In this document: positions 8,750 through 17,341 of the stretch, in pieces
How positions within the stretch are numbered: the stretch's first letter is position 1
Layout of the letters: the number at the start of each line of letters is the position of its first letter
NCBI GenBank assembly: GCA_013166775.1
Contig: JABLTJ010000016.1
Span: 1 to 64,000, forward strand
Length of the DNA stretch: 64,000 nt
DNA from: Promethearchaeati archaeon
GTDB lineage: Archaea > Asgardarchaeota > Heimdallarchaeia > Heimdallarchaeales > Heimdallarchaeaceae
Direction of reading: 5' to 3'
Made by a program: the position numbers and the translations under genes
Notes under the pieces: generated by a model
What the model was told of the DNA's origin: nothing
Databases searched by the model: none
The model's input: only the letters and a program-made list of their open reading frames with translations

Positions 8750-10159
8750 TTACAATTCTTTCAAAACTCTTCTGAAATCATTAAGCCATCGAGCTGCTTG
8801 AAATTCTAGTTTTTCACAATCTTCTTCTTTTATTACATCTTGAGGTTTGTATTTTGACAGAATGTCTCGCCAATTATTTAAATCCCCTATTACCCAATGA
8901 TCTTCAGGTATGGATGGAAATGTTTTCAAGATATGAAGCATTTCATCAATATCTGCTAATAACAAATCTGCTCGAGCTACTGAACGTAGTCTTGTTAGAT
9001 CTATCAATTCAATCGCAGAAGAAACAAAATCTGCTGTTTTAGAAGGCATCTTCTTCAGAGTATCAAATGGTATGGAAACTGCTTCTGTTGTTTCAACTCC
9101 TTCTGCAACTCGCAGTTGTCTTATACCTTCAGAATATCTTTCATCCAATTTTTCTCGCTTAACGAATTCTTCAAGGTTGAATCCTGTTTTCTCTAATTGC
9201 ATTCGAGCTTTGAATATTCCTCTTAATAGCGATCTAAGTTGTTTTCTATATGCAATTTGCTCAACTTCGTTATTTTCAAAACCTTGAGTTAAATTATCTA
9301 GGGTTACAATTGAAGCAAATAAATCAGCTTCTAATTCAAGTATTTTTTCTTCTTCTTTTGTCATACCATCACTTTTGTCAACTCTAATTTTGTTAAGCTG
9401 TTTCTCAGCTTTATAACCTTTTTTAGAGTATCTTCTATGAAGTTTGTAAAAGTCTAAATTTGTTAAATCTCCATCTTCAAATTTCTCCTGAATTGTCTCA
9501 AGAGTATCCTCTATAGCATTAACTTCAGCTTTTAGATTATCCTCTCTTGATATGGGAATTTCTTTTGTCTCAATTTTAACTCCCCCTTCCTTCAGAAGAG
9601 CTTCTCTTTCTTTTTCTATGTTCCTGCTAATGTTTTCAATCTCTTTTTGATAATCGACAATCGATTTTTCTATTGATCGCTTTTCTTCACTTATTTTTAG
9701 ATCAACTTCTGGAGCCTTAGCTTGAACTAGAGGAAGCTGTCTTGTTGGAATTGGATATACTTGAAGCGTAGATTCACGTTCTTCTTTTTTTACTCTTTTC
9801 ACTTTAGTTTTATATGCTCTTGCAGGAACTTTAGTGAAAAGATCTTGTATATCATTTATCACTTCATATATGTTGTAGTTTTTTTTCCAATTAGATAGAA
9901 TCCGTAAGCTTAAAGTTTCATTATCTTCAACATTAGGATGGTTAACTTTCGGTGTAATGTCTACAAAGGGTGGAATATCAGGAAAACCATCTTGAATCCA
10001 GATATTTGCAAAAATAGGTATCTCTGTTCCTTCAATTATACCTACAAAACCTTTCCAATGTTTAAGATTACCTCTAACTGGTTCAAATCCTGACGCGTTT
10101 TCATAAATTAACTGTGCTTCATTTGCGAGGAGGAAATCATCTGTGGATATTTGTCTCAC
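8750..10159 (-). CDS. ESCRT-I fusion protein: UEV domain + coiled coil + Vps23 steadiness box + Vps28
   Basis: UBC fold (FPDIPPFV, HPNV..ETLSLRIL with Ser at the E2 catalytic Cys position). Steadiness box IEDTLETIQEKFEDGDLTNLDFYKL. Vps28 N-terminus ADLFASIVTLDNL...Y...LRSLL. Vps28 four-helix CTD. Confidence 0.88.
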   Translation of the reverse strand: MRQISTDDFLLANEAQLIYENASGFEPVRGNLKHWKGFVGIIEGTEIPIFANIWIQDGFPDIPPFVDITPKVNHPNVEDNETLSLRILSNWKKNYNIYEVINDIQDLFTKVPARAYKTKVKRVKKEERESTLQVYPIPTRQLPLVQAKAPEVDLKISEEKRSIEKSIVDYQKEIENISRNIEKEREALLKEGGVKIETKEIPISREDNLKAEVNAIEDTLETIQEKFEDGDLTNLDFYKLHRRYSKKGYKAEKQLNKIRVDKSDGMTKEEEKILELEADLFASIVTLDNLTQGFENNEVEQIAYRKQLRSLLRGIFKARMQLEKTGFNLEEFVKREKLDERYSEGIRQLRVAEGVETTEAVSIPFDTLKKMPSKTADFVSSAIELIDLTRLRSVARADLLLADIDEMLHILKTFPSIPEDHWVIGDLNNWRDILSKYKPQDVIKEEDCEKLEFQAARWLNDFRRVLKEL

Positions 10160-10239
10160 CTTATTTCTATATCTCTAATAAATCATGGCTATCAAACTTT
10201 AAAAAATATTGCATTCAAGAACCACTATTTTATAATCAA

Positions 10240-11247
10240 CTAAAGCTTTTCTATTTTTATAACAATTTTAATTGGTTTTGCTAGATTTTTATCTAAAATA
10301 TATGCAACAGATTTTTCCTTTAACTGATTTTCAACAACGTTTTTACCTTCTAATAATTTTCCCTCAACCATTAAATCAGGTTTCTCTAAACCATAAGTTA
10401 ATGCTAATCTAAGCATAAGGTCTTTGATTGTTTCAGTAGGATGAGCAACAAATTCAATCTGTTCTAATTTGTACAATTCTCCGCAAGCTGGGCAATCTTC
10501 TGTTCTTGCTAATGGAATGATAGTAGTTGCATTATTGAGACCATCATAGAACATATAGTTCTCTAGAGGTGCTCCTAATTCAAGGATGAGTTTTAGAGAT
10601 TCTTGAGCTATCATCCCACCAATAATACTTGATAATGTTGCCACAGCAGGTAGTTTAGCTTCTACCTCTTCTTCTTCTCCTCTATCCTTTTTCCTTTCTT
10701 CACCAAAGGGAGTACATGCTTGTGCTAGTTCTTCATCTGGTACTAAAGGCTGACATTCAAAACATGCAGTTTTATATGGGATAATTACTTGTACATCACC
10801 TAAAAATGCGAACATTCCTCCTAGTATAAGGGGCTTTTTTACTCTTATTGCCATAGAACTTATCCATCTTCTACCAATGAACGTATCAAGGCAACCAATA
10901 ATTACATCTGCCTTCTCATATACTGAAGCTTTGACTTCTTCCATTTTTTTATGATAAAACTCTATCTCTATCTCTGGGTTAATCTCCTTTAGTCTTTTAG
11001 AAGCTACTTCCGCTTTAGGTTTTCCTAGATCCTCCTCACGAAAGAGTAGTTGTCGATTTAAGTTGGAAAGTTCAATTGAATCAAATTCAATAATAACAAG
11101 CTTTCCGATGCCTGAAGATGCTAAAATAGTAGCAACATAACTACCTATTGCTCCTACTCCTATAAGAATAACAGTACTGTTATCCAATGTTGTTTGGTCC
11201 CATCCTGGAATAAGTGATTGACGAGAGTATCTGTTATCATCTGGCAT
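10240..11247 (-). CDS. Ubiquitin-activating E1-like enzyme (ThiF/MoeB domain + catalytic Cys + C-terminal ubiquitin-fold domain)
   Basis: RYSRQ, GVGAIG, SNLNRQLLF, Zn pairs CFEC/CPAC, additional ACT Cys in the crossover loop. Adjacent to ubiquitin. Confidence 0.92.
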   Translation of the reverse strand: MPDDNRYSRQSLIPGWDQTTLDNSTVILIGVGAIGSYVATILASSGIGKLVIIEFDSIELSNLNRQLLFREEDLGKPKAEVASKRLKEINPEIEIEFYHKKMEEVKASVYEKADVIIGCLDTFIGRRWISSMAIRVKKPLILGGMFAFLGDVQVIIPYKTACFECQPLVPDEELAQACTPFGEERKKDRGEEEEVEAKLPAVATLSSIIGGMIAQESLKLILELGAPLENYMFYDGLNNATTIIPLARTEDCPACGELYKLEQIEFVAHPTETIKDLMLRLALTYGLEKPDLMVEGKLLEGKNVVENQLKEKSVAYILDKNLAKPIKIVIKIEKL

Positions 11248-11400
11248 AAAGGCGCACCTTTAATCAATATCTTTCTTACTGAAACTGATATATGTTTCTT
11301 TTCAATCTAACAATCTATAGAAAATAATGAAATTATAGTTAAAAATAACGTAGAATGATGCTTTTGATCGTTTAACAAAAGTGGAGAAGTAATTGTCTGA

Positions 11401-11637
11401 TTAAAAACCACCTTTGGTTCTTGCAATCAAATAGCACTTGTCTCCGTCCATCATACCTGTCTGTTTTAAAATTTCACTGTCATCAAGTTGTTTTCCGTGA
11501 AAAACAATGATAACTGTATTAGCGGGTATTTTTTTCTTCTTCGCTACTTCTCTTTTTAATTGAGCCACTGTTGAATGTGGATCTACATCTAGTTCGATTG
11601 ACCCTCCACCGATAGCTGTTACTACTGAAATACGCAT
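11401..11637 (-). CDS. Ubiquitin-like protein (eukaryote-type), C-terminus GG-F
   Basis: MRISVVT...VFHGKQLDD...LIARTKGGF aligns with ubiquitin (IFAGKQLED, LVLRLRGG). Start moved to ATG 11637. Confidence 0.93.
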   Translation of the reverse strand: MRISVVTAIGGGSIELDVDPHSTVAQLKREVAKKKKIPANTVIIVFHGKQLDDSEILKQTGMMDGDKCYLIARTKGGF

Positions 11638-11752
11638 TTTATCAAACACCAAATTCTTTCTACTTTTTTATTGACTTATTCATTATTAAAGCTTACCAAA
11701 TTGTTTTGTGAATAAAAGTGCAAAAAATCAAAACAAAAAACTGAATTATACA

Positions 11753-12142
11753 TTATTTTACAGATCTCTTCTTTTCTCCCTTTCTTTTAATTGTAATAGA
11801 TGGTGGAATACCTTCTATATCTCTCTCTAATTTCTTAATTCCTATTCTTGTAACTTGCTTTCCTTCCATGAAACCTATTTTTATCATATAAAGAACGTTC
11901 TTGAAAATCGTTTCTGCTGTCTGTTTTTTATCCGAACTCTCGTATAATTGTATCCAATACTCATATGCTTCTGGTACTAGAAAAAATTGCATCAGCGCTA
12001 ACTTATCTTTCTCTTCTACGCTTTTTGGAGCTTCTTCTGCTTCTTTTAATTCTTCCATTCTTCTCTTTCTCTGTTCTGCGATTCTTAGAAGCTCTTGGGT
12101 TTTTTTTTCCCTAATTTTTTCTAATTCCTTATCTTCTGTCAT
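11753..12142 (-). CDS. PDCD5-like (dsDNA-binding domain) protein, divergent
   Basis: N-terminal DKELEKIREKK, L.PEA motif, C-terminal ITIKRK typical of the PDCD5/MTH1615 family. Confidence 0.65.
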   Translation of the reverse strand: MTEDKELEKIREKKTQELLRIAEQRKRRMEELKEAEEAPKSVEEKDKLALMQFFLVPEAYEYWIQLYESSDKKQTAETIFKNVLYMIKIGFMEGKQVTRIGIKKLERDIEGIPPSITIKRKGEKKRSVK

Positions 12143-12305
12143 ATCACTACACTATCATTATGAGACTGCTCACGTAGCATTTAAGTTTACTTTTCTTAAA
12201 CATAAACCAACATTCAATTCATATTTTTTAAATAAAAGAAATGCTTGGGAAAACATTATATTATGTCTTCAAACCCCTTTATTGAAATTTATCAGAGTTG
12301 ATGAA

Positions 12306-13736
12306 ATGGATTTGGCTATTGTAAATGCTTGGATTTTAACTCTTGCGAAAAACAGGCTAGGCATAATTAAAAATGGAACTATTGGGATAGAAGGAGATAG
12401 AATAGGTTTTATTGGGTCTACAGACGATATTGACACAAAGAAAATTGATGTAATTATTGATGGTAAAAATCACTTAGTTATGCCTGGTTTGGTTAACTCT
12501 CACATTCATACTAGTTTAACACTCTTGAGAGGGGGAGCTCAAGATTTACCTGAAATAGAATGGATGAATAAAGGAATAGGACCCTTAGCTAAGCATTTAG
12601 ATTCAAAGGATCTAATTCTTGGTTCAAAACTTGGTGTGCTAGAAGCAATAAAGACTGGTACTACAACTTTTTCTGAATATACTAGAGATGTTGCAAGATT
12701 AGTTGAACAAGTTTACCTACCTATAGGTGCCCGAGTTGTAGCTACTGAAACGATTAACGAAGTAGCCCAGGTTAATAAAGCCGCTTTGAAGCCTTCTGAT
12801 CTTTATGAATTTGATAATAAGAAGGGACAACAAGCTTTAACTAAGAATGACCAATTATTTGAAAAATACAAAAACAAACCTTTAGTTAGTTGTATGTATG
12901 GGCCTCAAGCACTCGATATGGTGTCTTTAGATACTTTGAAAACTATAAAAGAAAACGCTATTTCTAGAAATAGTAAAATTCATATGCATGTTGCACAGGG
13001 GAAAAGAGAAAGATTACAAATAACTGGAAGATTTGGAAAAGATGCTTCAACTGTAAAAGTATTAGATAATCATGAGCTTTTAGATAATTATTTAGTAGCT
13101 GTACATTGTCACGATACAGAAGAGCAAGAAAGAGAACTTATGGTCTCAAAAAATGTAAAAATGGTGGGATGTCCGAGCTCTATTAGTATTATCGATGGCA
13201 TTATCCCTCCTATTTATCATTATTTCAGTTTAGGAGGGAAAGTAGGGATTGGAACTGATCAAGCTCCAGGTCCAGGAAATCATAACCTCTTTAGAGAAAT
13301 GAGAACTATTAGTCTTCTCACAAAAACGCAATTTAGAGATCCAACGGCTTTTCCTTCATGGCAAATGTTATTTTTAATTACTATTTTCGGAGCAGAGATT
13401 CTTGGATTGGAAAAAGAAATAGGTACATTGGAAATCGGTAAAAGAGCAGACGTTATTTCTTTTGATATGAATAATCTACTTCTAACTCCAATGGTATCGA
13501 ATCCTTTCCATAATTTTATACCTAATTTAGTACATTCAGCAACTGGAACAGAAGTAGATAATGTGATAATCGATGGTAAACTAATCATCCATCAAAGAAA
13601 ATTCACATCTATTAATGAACAAAAAATAATTGACGAAGCAAATAAAAGAGCAGAAAAAATCTTCGCTGATGCTTCAGATGATTGGAAAGCCGCAGGATCA
13701 CAAATGGTAAAAGATGTAGAAAAAGGTTTGATATAA
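12306..13736 (+). CDS. Metal-dependent amidohydrolase, MtaD/SsnA/TrzA-like
   Basis: MPGLVNSHIH, HMHVAQ, AVHC, GTD, GTLEIGKRAD. True start is probably MDLAIVNAW at 12306; the longer ORF is an antisense overlap with the PDCD5-like gene. Confidence 0.88.
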   Translation: MDLAIVNAWILTLAKNRLGIIKNGTIGIEGDRIGFIGSTDDIDTKKIDVIIDGKNHLVMPGLVNSHIHTSLTLLRGGAQDLPEIEWMNKGIGPLAKHLDSKDLILGSKLGVLEAIKTGTTTFSEYTRDVARLVEQVYLPIGARVVATETINEVAQVNKAALKPSDLYEFDNKKGQQALTKNDQLFEKYKNKPLVSCMYGPQALDMVSLDTLKTIKENAISRNSKIHMHVAQGKRERLQITGRFGKDASTVKVLDNHELLDNYLVAVHCHDTEEQERELMVSKNVKMVGCPSSISIIDGIIPPIYHYFSLGGKVGIGTDQAPGPGNHNLFREMRTISLLTKTQFRDPTAFPSWQMLFLITIFGAEILGLEKEIGTLEIGKRADVISFDMNNLLLTPMVSNPFHNFIPNLVHSATGTEVDNVIIDGKLIIHQRKFTSINEQKIIDEANKRAEKIFADASDDWKAAGSQMVKDVEKGLI

Positions 13737-13742
13737 CCTACT

Positions 13743-14456
13743 TTACCTGTTATCGTTGTTTATTGGAAGGTATTGTTCTACAGAAAGATATCTTGTAAGG
13801 ACGTTGAATTTTTCTGCGTAACCAACTCCACAACGCAATCCATCTGCATGTTTCATAGTGTTTATCCAATCATTTACTCTTTCCCATTTATAGAAATCTC
13901 CATATAATTTTGCTACTTTTTGAACTTTCTCAAAATTTTTACTAATATCAATATAGATAACAGGTAATGTGGAAAATTCCTCATAGTATAGAAACATTGG
14001 AATGTGCAAAGGAGGTCGATGTGGGGCAATAGAGCCTGTAATATGTGGTATTCTTGCATAAGTTATAGCATCGCAAATTATTTGTGCTGTACCACGATGA
14101 TCTGGGTGTCTTGTATTTAACGACCAAGTAATAACTGCATCTGGTTTTATCTCTGCTACCACTTTTGTCATTTTCAAAGCATTTTCTCTGGTTGATCTTA
14201 CGTGTGTATCACCATAATCCAAAAAAAGTGTTTCACATCCTACAATCTCCCCTACTTCTCTACCTTGTTCTTCTCGGATTTTTTTTACTTCATCAAACTC
14301 CATTCCATTAAAATGAGATGCCATTTCACCACTTGTGGTCCATGCTAAAACTACACGATCACCTCTGTCAACGTGATTACAAAGACTCCCTATACTAGAA
14401 ATTTCGTCATCAGGATGAGCAAAACAAGCAAAGATGGTTTTTTTTTCTTCAGTCAT
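13743..14456 (-). CDS. PIG-L/LmbE family deacetylase
   Basis: AHPDDE, TSGE, HPDH motifs. Confidence 0.9.
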   Translation of the reverse strand: MTEEKKTIFACFAHPDDEISSIGSLCNHVDRGDRVVLAWTTSGEMASHFNGMEFDEVKKIREEQGREVGEIVGCETLFLDYGDTHVRSTRENALKMTKVVAEIKPDAVITWSLNTRHPDHRGTAQIICDAITYARIPHITGSIAPHRPPLHIPMFLYYEEFSTLPVIYIDISKNFEKVQKVAKLYGDFYKWERVNDWINTMKHADGLRCGVGYAEKFNVLTRYLSVEQYLPINNDNR

Positions 14457-14580
14457 TAAAATTGTTTAAGATACTTATAATTTTAATTTTGTGTTTTATT
14501 AAAACATATTTTTGTGTATTTATGTACTTTAATTCCACAAATACTATAAATAGCAAAATCTATCTTAATAAAAGAAGAAG

Positions 14581-15249
14581 ATGAATATTGAGGCTACTTT
14601 AATGTTTGATGAAAATAGAAAACAAAGAATAGCTAGAATTATTGAACTAGCAATCCCCATGGATTTCTTTGATTTATTGGAAGATTTAACAATACATTAT
14701 GGCAGCCAAGAAATAGCTATTTTTGAATCTTTAAAGTCTCATCATAAAGAAAAATTTGGGATTCTAGGGAAAGCAAAAGTAGAATTTTCAACAACAACTA
14801 CCAGAGTTCTAAGACAACTACCACAGATGGATACTCCAGTTACAGATGGGAAGTTATCAAAAATCTTCGAAAATAGACAGAAATTTGACGAGAAAACTCA
14901 AACAAAAATTGAAGAGGTAGATAAAATTCTGGAAAAATTCAGTGAACAGTTTAGTGATTTAACAGCAATCAAAGAAATACGAGATGAGATTACTTCAATG
15001 AAATCTCTAATACAAAATATGGGTACTGTAGGAAATGTAGTTTTTAGAACCAGTGGTGTGAGAGCAGATTTATCATCTTTAGAAGTGGATATAGCTGATT
15101 CTGAAGATGGAATAATAGCTCCACCAGAAAGACCATTACTAGAAAACGTTCTTGATAGTATGTTGCTTTTTGATGATGAAGAATTAGATGAGATTGTGAA
15201 AGAAGAATCAGCAGAACAAGAAAAAACTGCAAAAAAGAAAAATAAATAG
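14581..15249 (+). CDS. Hypothetical protein with central coiled coil and acidic tail
   Basis: 222-aa ORF with genome-typical composition. No recognised family. Confidence 0.7.
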   Translation: MNIEATLMFDENRKQRIARIIELAIPMDFFDLLEDLTIHYGSQEIAIFESLKSHHKEKFGILGKAKVEFSTTTTRVLRQLPQMDTPVTDGKLSKIFENRQKFDEKTQTKIEEVDKILEKFSEQFSDLTAIKEIRDEITSMKSLIQNMGTVGNVVFRTSGVRADLSSLEVDIADSEDGIIAPPERPLLENVLDSMLLFDDEELDEIVKEESAEQEKTAKKKNK

Positions 15250-15251
15250 AT

Positions 15252-15794
15252 TTATGCTAATTCCTTATTTGCTTCTTCAACTAATAGTTCTGCAATTTTA
15301 GTGAAAGCATTGTCAACATGATCTCCAGTAAGCGCACTTGTTCTGATATAATGAAGGCTTTTAAGTTTCTTATGGGTTTCTTGACACTCTTTGTCTGATA
15401 CCGCAATCTGATTTTTGAGGTCTTGTTTATTTCCTACCAGAACTTTAACAACAGAAGAACCGCAGTTATCAATAAACTCCTTGTCCCATTTCTTTAAGTC
15501 ACTAAGGGTTGCTTCTCTGGTAAGATCAAAGACTAATAATGCTGCCTTAGCACCCTTGTAGAAAGTGTGTCTGATAAAACGAAATCGTTCTTGTCCTGCA
15601 AGATCCCAGATAGAAAGCGCTACATGTGTACCATTTTTTAATTTCACATGTTTCTCCGAAGGTTCCATTCCTATTGTCATAAGATATGAACTGTCAAATC
15701 TGTCGTGAACAAAACGCTGAACTAGACTGGTTTTTCCTACAGCAGCGTTTCCAAGTAATAAAATCTTGAAATTAAAATCCGGTTGGCTACTCAT
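15252..15794 (-). CDS. Rab-like small GTPase (Ras superfamily)
   Basis: G1 GNAAVGKTS, G2 TIG, G3 WDLAGQERF, G4 NKQD, G5 TSA. RabF-like FYKGA and LVFDLT. No C-terminal prenylation Cys. Confidence 0.95.
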   Translation of the reverse strand: MSSQPDFNFKILLLGNAAVGKTSLVQRFVHDRFDSSYLMTIGMEPSEKHVKLKNGTHVALSIWDLAGQERFRFIRHTFYKGAKAALLVFDLTREATLSDLKKWDKEFIDNCGSSVVKVLVGNKQDLKNQIAVSDKECQETHKKLKSLHYIRTSALTGDHVDNAFTKIAELLVEEANKELA

Positions 15795-15795
15795 T

Positions 15796-16107
15796 TTACT
15801 CATCTTCTAGTATCTTAATTATGGTCTCAATCTCCTCTTTGAGACTAGTCAAAAAGAATCTTTCGAAACTTCCTGCAGCTCTATCAATGGTAGATAATGA
15901 AATACAAAGATCTTCTATTACATCCTTATGATCTTTCTCAGAATCAGTAGGGCTGTGTTTTCTTATTTTCTTTTGAGCCCTCTTTGCCAGAACTGAAGCT
16001 GTTTTTCGATCTAAAGCTCCTTTTTCATAAGCTGAAACAATGGTTAGCATCCATGATGCAACTTGTTCTAACTTATCAAACTCTTCAAGAGGGGAAAGTT
16101 CGGTCAT
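15796..16107 (-). CDS. Hypothetical all-helical protein coupled to the GTPase
   Basis: 103 aa. Its stop lies 1 nt before the GTPase ATG at 15794. Confidence 0.75.
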   Translation of the reverse strand: MTELSPLEEFDKLEQVASWMLTIVSAYEKGALDRKTASVLAKRAQKKIRKHSPTDSEKDHKDVIEDLCISLSTIDRAAGSFERFFLTSLKEEIETIIKILEDE

Positions 16108-16169
16108 AACAAATAAGGGAAAGAACTAACGTTAATATAATTTGTGTTTGCAATTATTGAAATACGAAA

Positions 16170-16210
16170 GAAAAATTGAAAAAATGAAAAAGAGGGACGA
16201 GGTCCCTTTC
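16170..16210 (-). terminator. Hairpin + T-tract terminator after the wHTH gene
   Basis: Minus strand AGGGAC-CTC-GTCCCT followed by several T runs. Confidence 0.45.
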
Positions 16211-16248
16211 TCTCCCAGAATAAACGGAGTCTGTGCTCCAAAGGCAAA

Positions 16249-16521
16249 TTAAGCTTCTTGACTAATCTCAATCTTGTCTTCTACAAGGAACTCAAAGTTG
16301 TCCCTGATTTCAGGATCAAGATAATAAAACACACTGCGCATGTCACTTAAATTAGACATTTTCTTAAGGATACCTTTCTCCAGTAACCTTCTTATACCGT
16401 AACGTACGGTTCTTTCAGGTTGGTCTACTGACCCTAATATTTGCTTTTGAGTCATAGGACCGCTTATATCTAGGACTTTAATTATGTCCTCACCACCGCG
16501 AGGTAGTTTACGTCTCTTCAT
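16249..16521 (-). CDS. Small winged-helix transcriptional regulator (archaeal MarR-like)
   Basis: GPMTQKQI...PERTVRYGIRRLLEKGIL...DMRSVFY. Confidence 0.85.
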   Translation of the reverse strand: MKRRKLPRGGEDIIKVLDISGPMTQKQILGSVDQPERTVRYGIRRLLEKGILKKMSNLSDMRSVFYYLDPEIRDNFEFLVEDKIEISQEA

Positions 16522-16545
16522 TTTTATACACCTGTATTTTGTTTT

Positions 16546-16640
16546 CAATCAACTGTTGTTGATTGTCTTACTCTTTAGAGCGTCTCTAAGAGTCGACTGT
16601 TTGTCAGCGATATTGTTTCCTAACTTTAACCCTTATAAAG
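16546..16640 (-). promoter_or_regulatory. Promoter/leader of the wHTH gene with two inverted repeats
   Basis: TTTATAA at about 16632-16638 (minus strand). IRs CAATCAAC-N4-GTTGATTG (16546-16565) and ACTCTTTAGAG-N3-CTCTAAGAGT (16570-16593). Confidence 0.45.
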
Positions 16641-16927
16641 GTTTGGGAGAACCAATTACCACTAATTCATATACTTTGAAATGGTTCCAATACATATTGA
16701 AAATACATATTGTATTTACCAGTCTTTTCTGGTGTTTGTCCGACTCAAAGGTTCTAGTAATAGCACGATGATAATTTCACTTATATACTTTTCTCATAAA
16801 TGAGACAAAAATTTAAAATAAGATAATGCAATCTTAAAAAATTTGCAATTTGCTTGATTTTGAGGGATTTTTAGTTATAAAAATGACAATACGTTAACTT
16901 TAAAACGACTTTTACTTTCTTCTTCAT

Positions 16928-17293
16928 GTGACTGAATTAAAAAAACGAGACCTGTTATTCTTCTATGGAGGAGCGTACCTTGTTATTGCAATTTTAGAAG
17001 GCATATTATTTACATTGATAATTGGAAGTTGGGCAGGAATTGATTTATTATTTAATTTTAGTGTTTGGGGATTAGTTTGGTTAATATCTATGTTTGCTTA
17101 TCCAATGTTTTTCATGGATGCAAGGGATCACCTTGCTTTAAATGGAACACTCGCTCTGCTTGGTTATGTAATAATTATAGGGGGCTACATTCTTGCTTAC
17201 TACTTGCATAAAATGTATTTGACAAAGAAGCTAAATGAAGATTTATCTTTTAAAAAAGTGTTGGATCTTTATTTTCCAACATCAAAGGAGTAA
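16928..17293 (+). CDS. Hypothetical membrane protein (about 3 TM)
   Basis: Hydrophobic segments across a 121-aa ORF. Confidence 0.65.
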   Translation: MTELKKRDLLFFYGGAYLVIAILEGILFTLIIGSWAGIDLLFNFSVWGLVWLISMFAYPMFFMDARDHLALNGTLALLGYVIIIGGYILAYYLHKMYLTKKLNEDLSFKKVLDLYFPTSKE

Positions 17294-17341
17294 AGATAAC
17301 AGAAAGAAAAGTTAATCTAACACTTATTTTTATTCATTCTT

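Noticed and set aside
8750-10159. Active E2 ubiquitin-conjugating enzyme
   Set aside because: The catalytic Cys position is Ser (ETLSLRIL), so it is a UEV.
11901-12305. 135-aa N-terminal extension of the amidohydrolase
   Set aside because: Antisense shadow of the PDCD5-like gene plus intergenic DNA. Family similarity starts at MDLAIV (12306).
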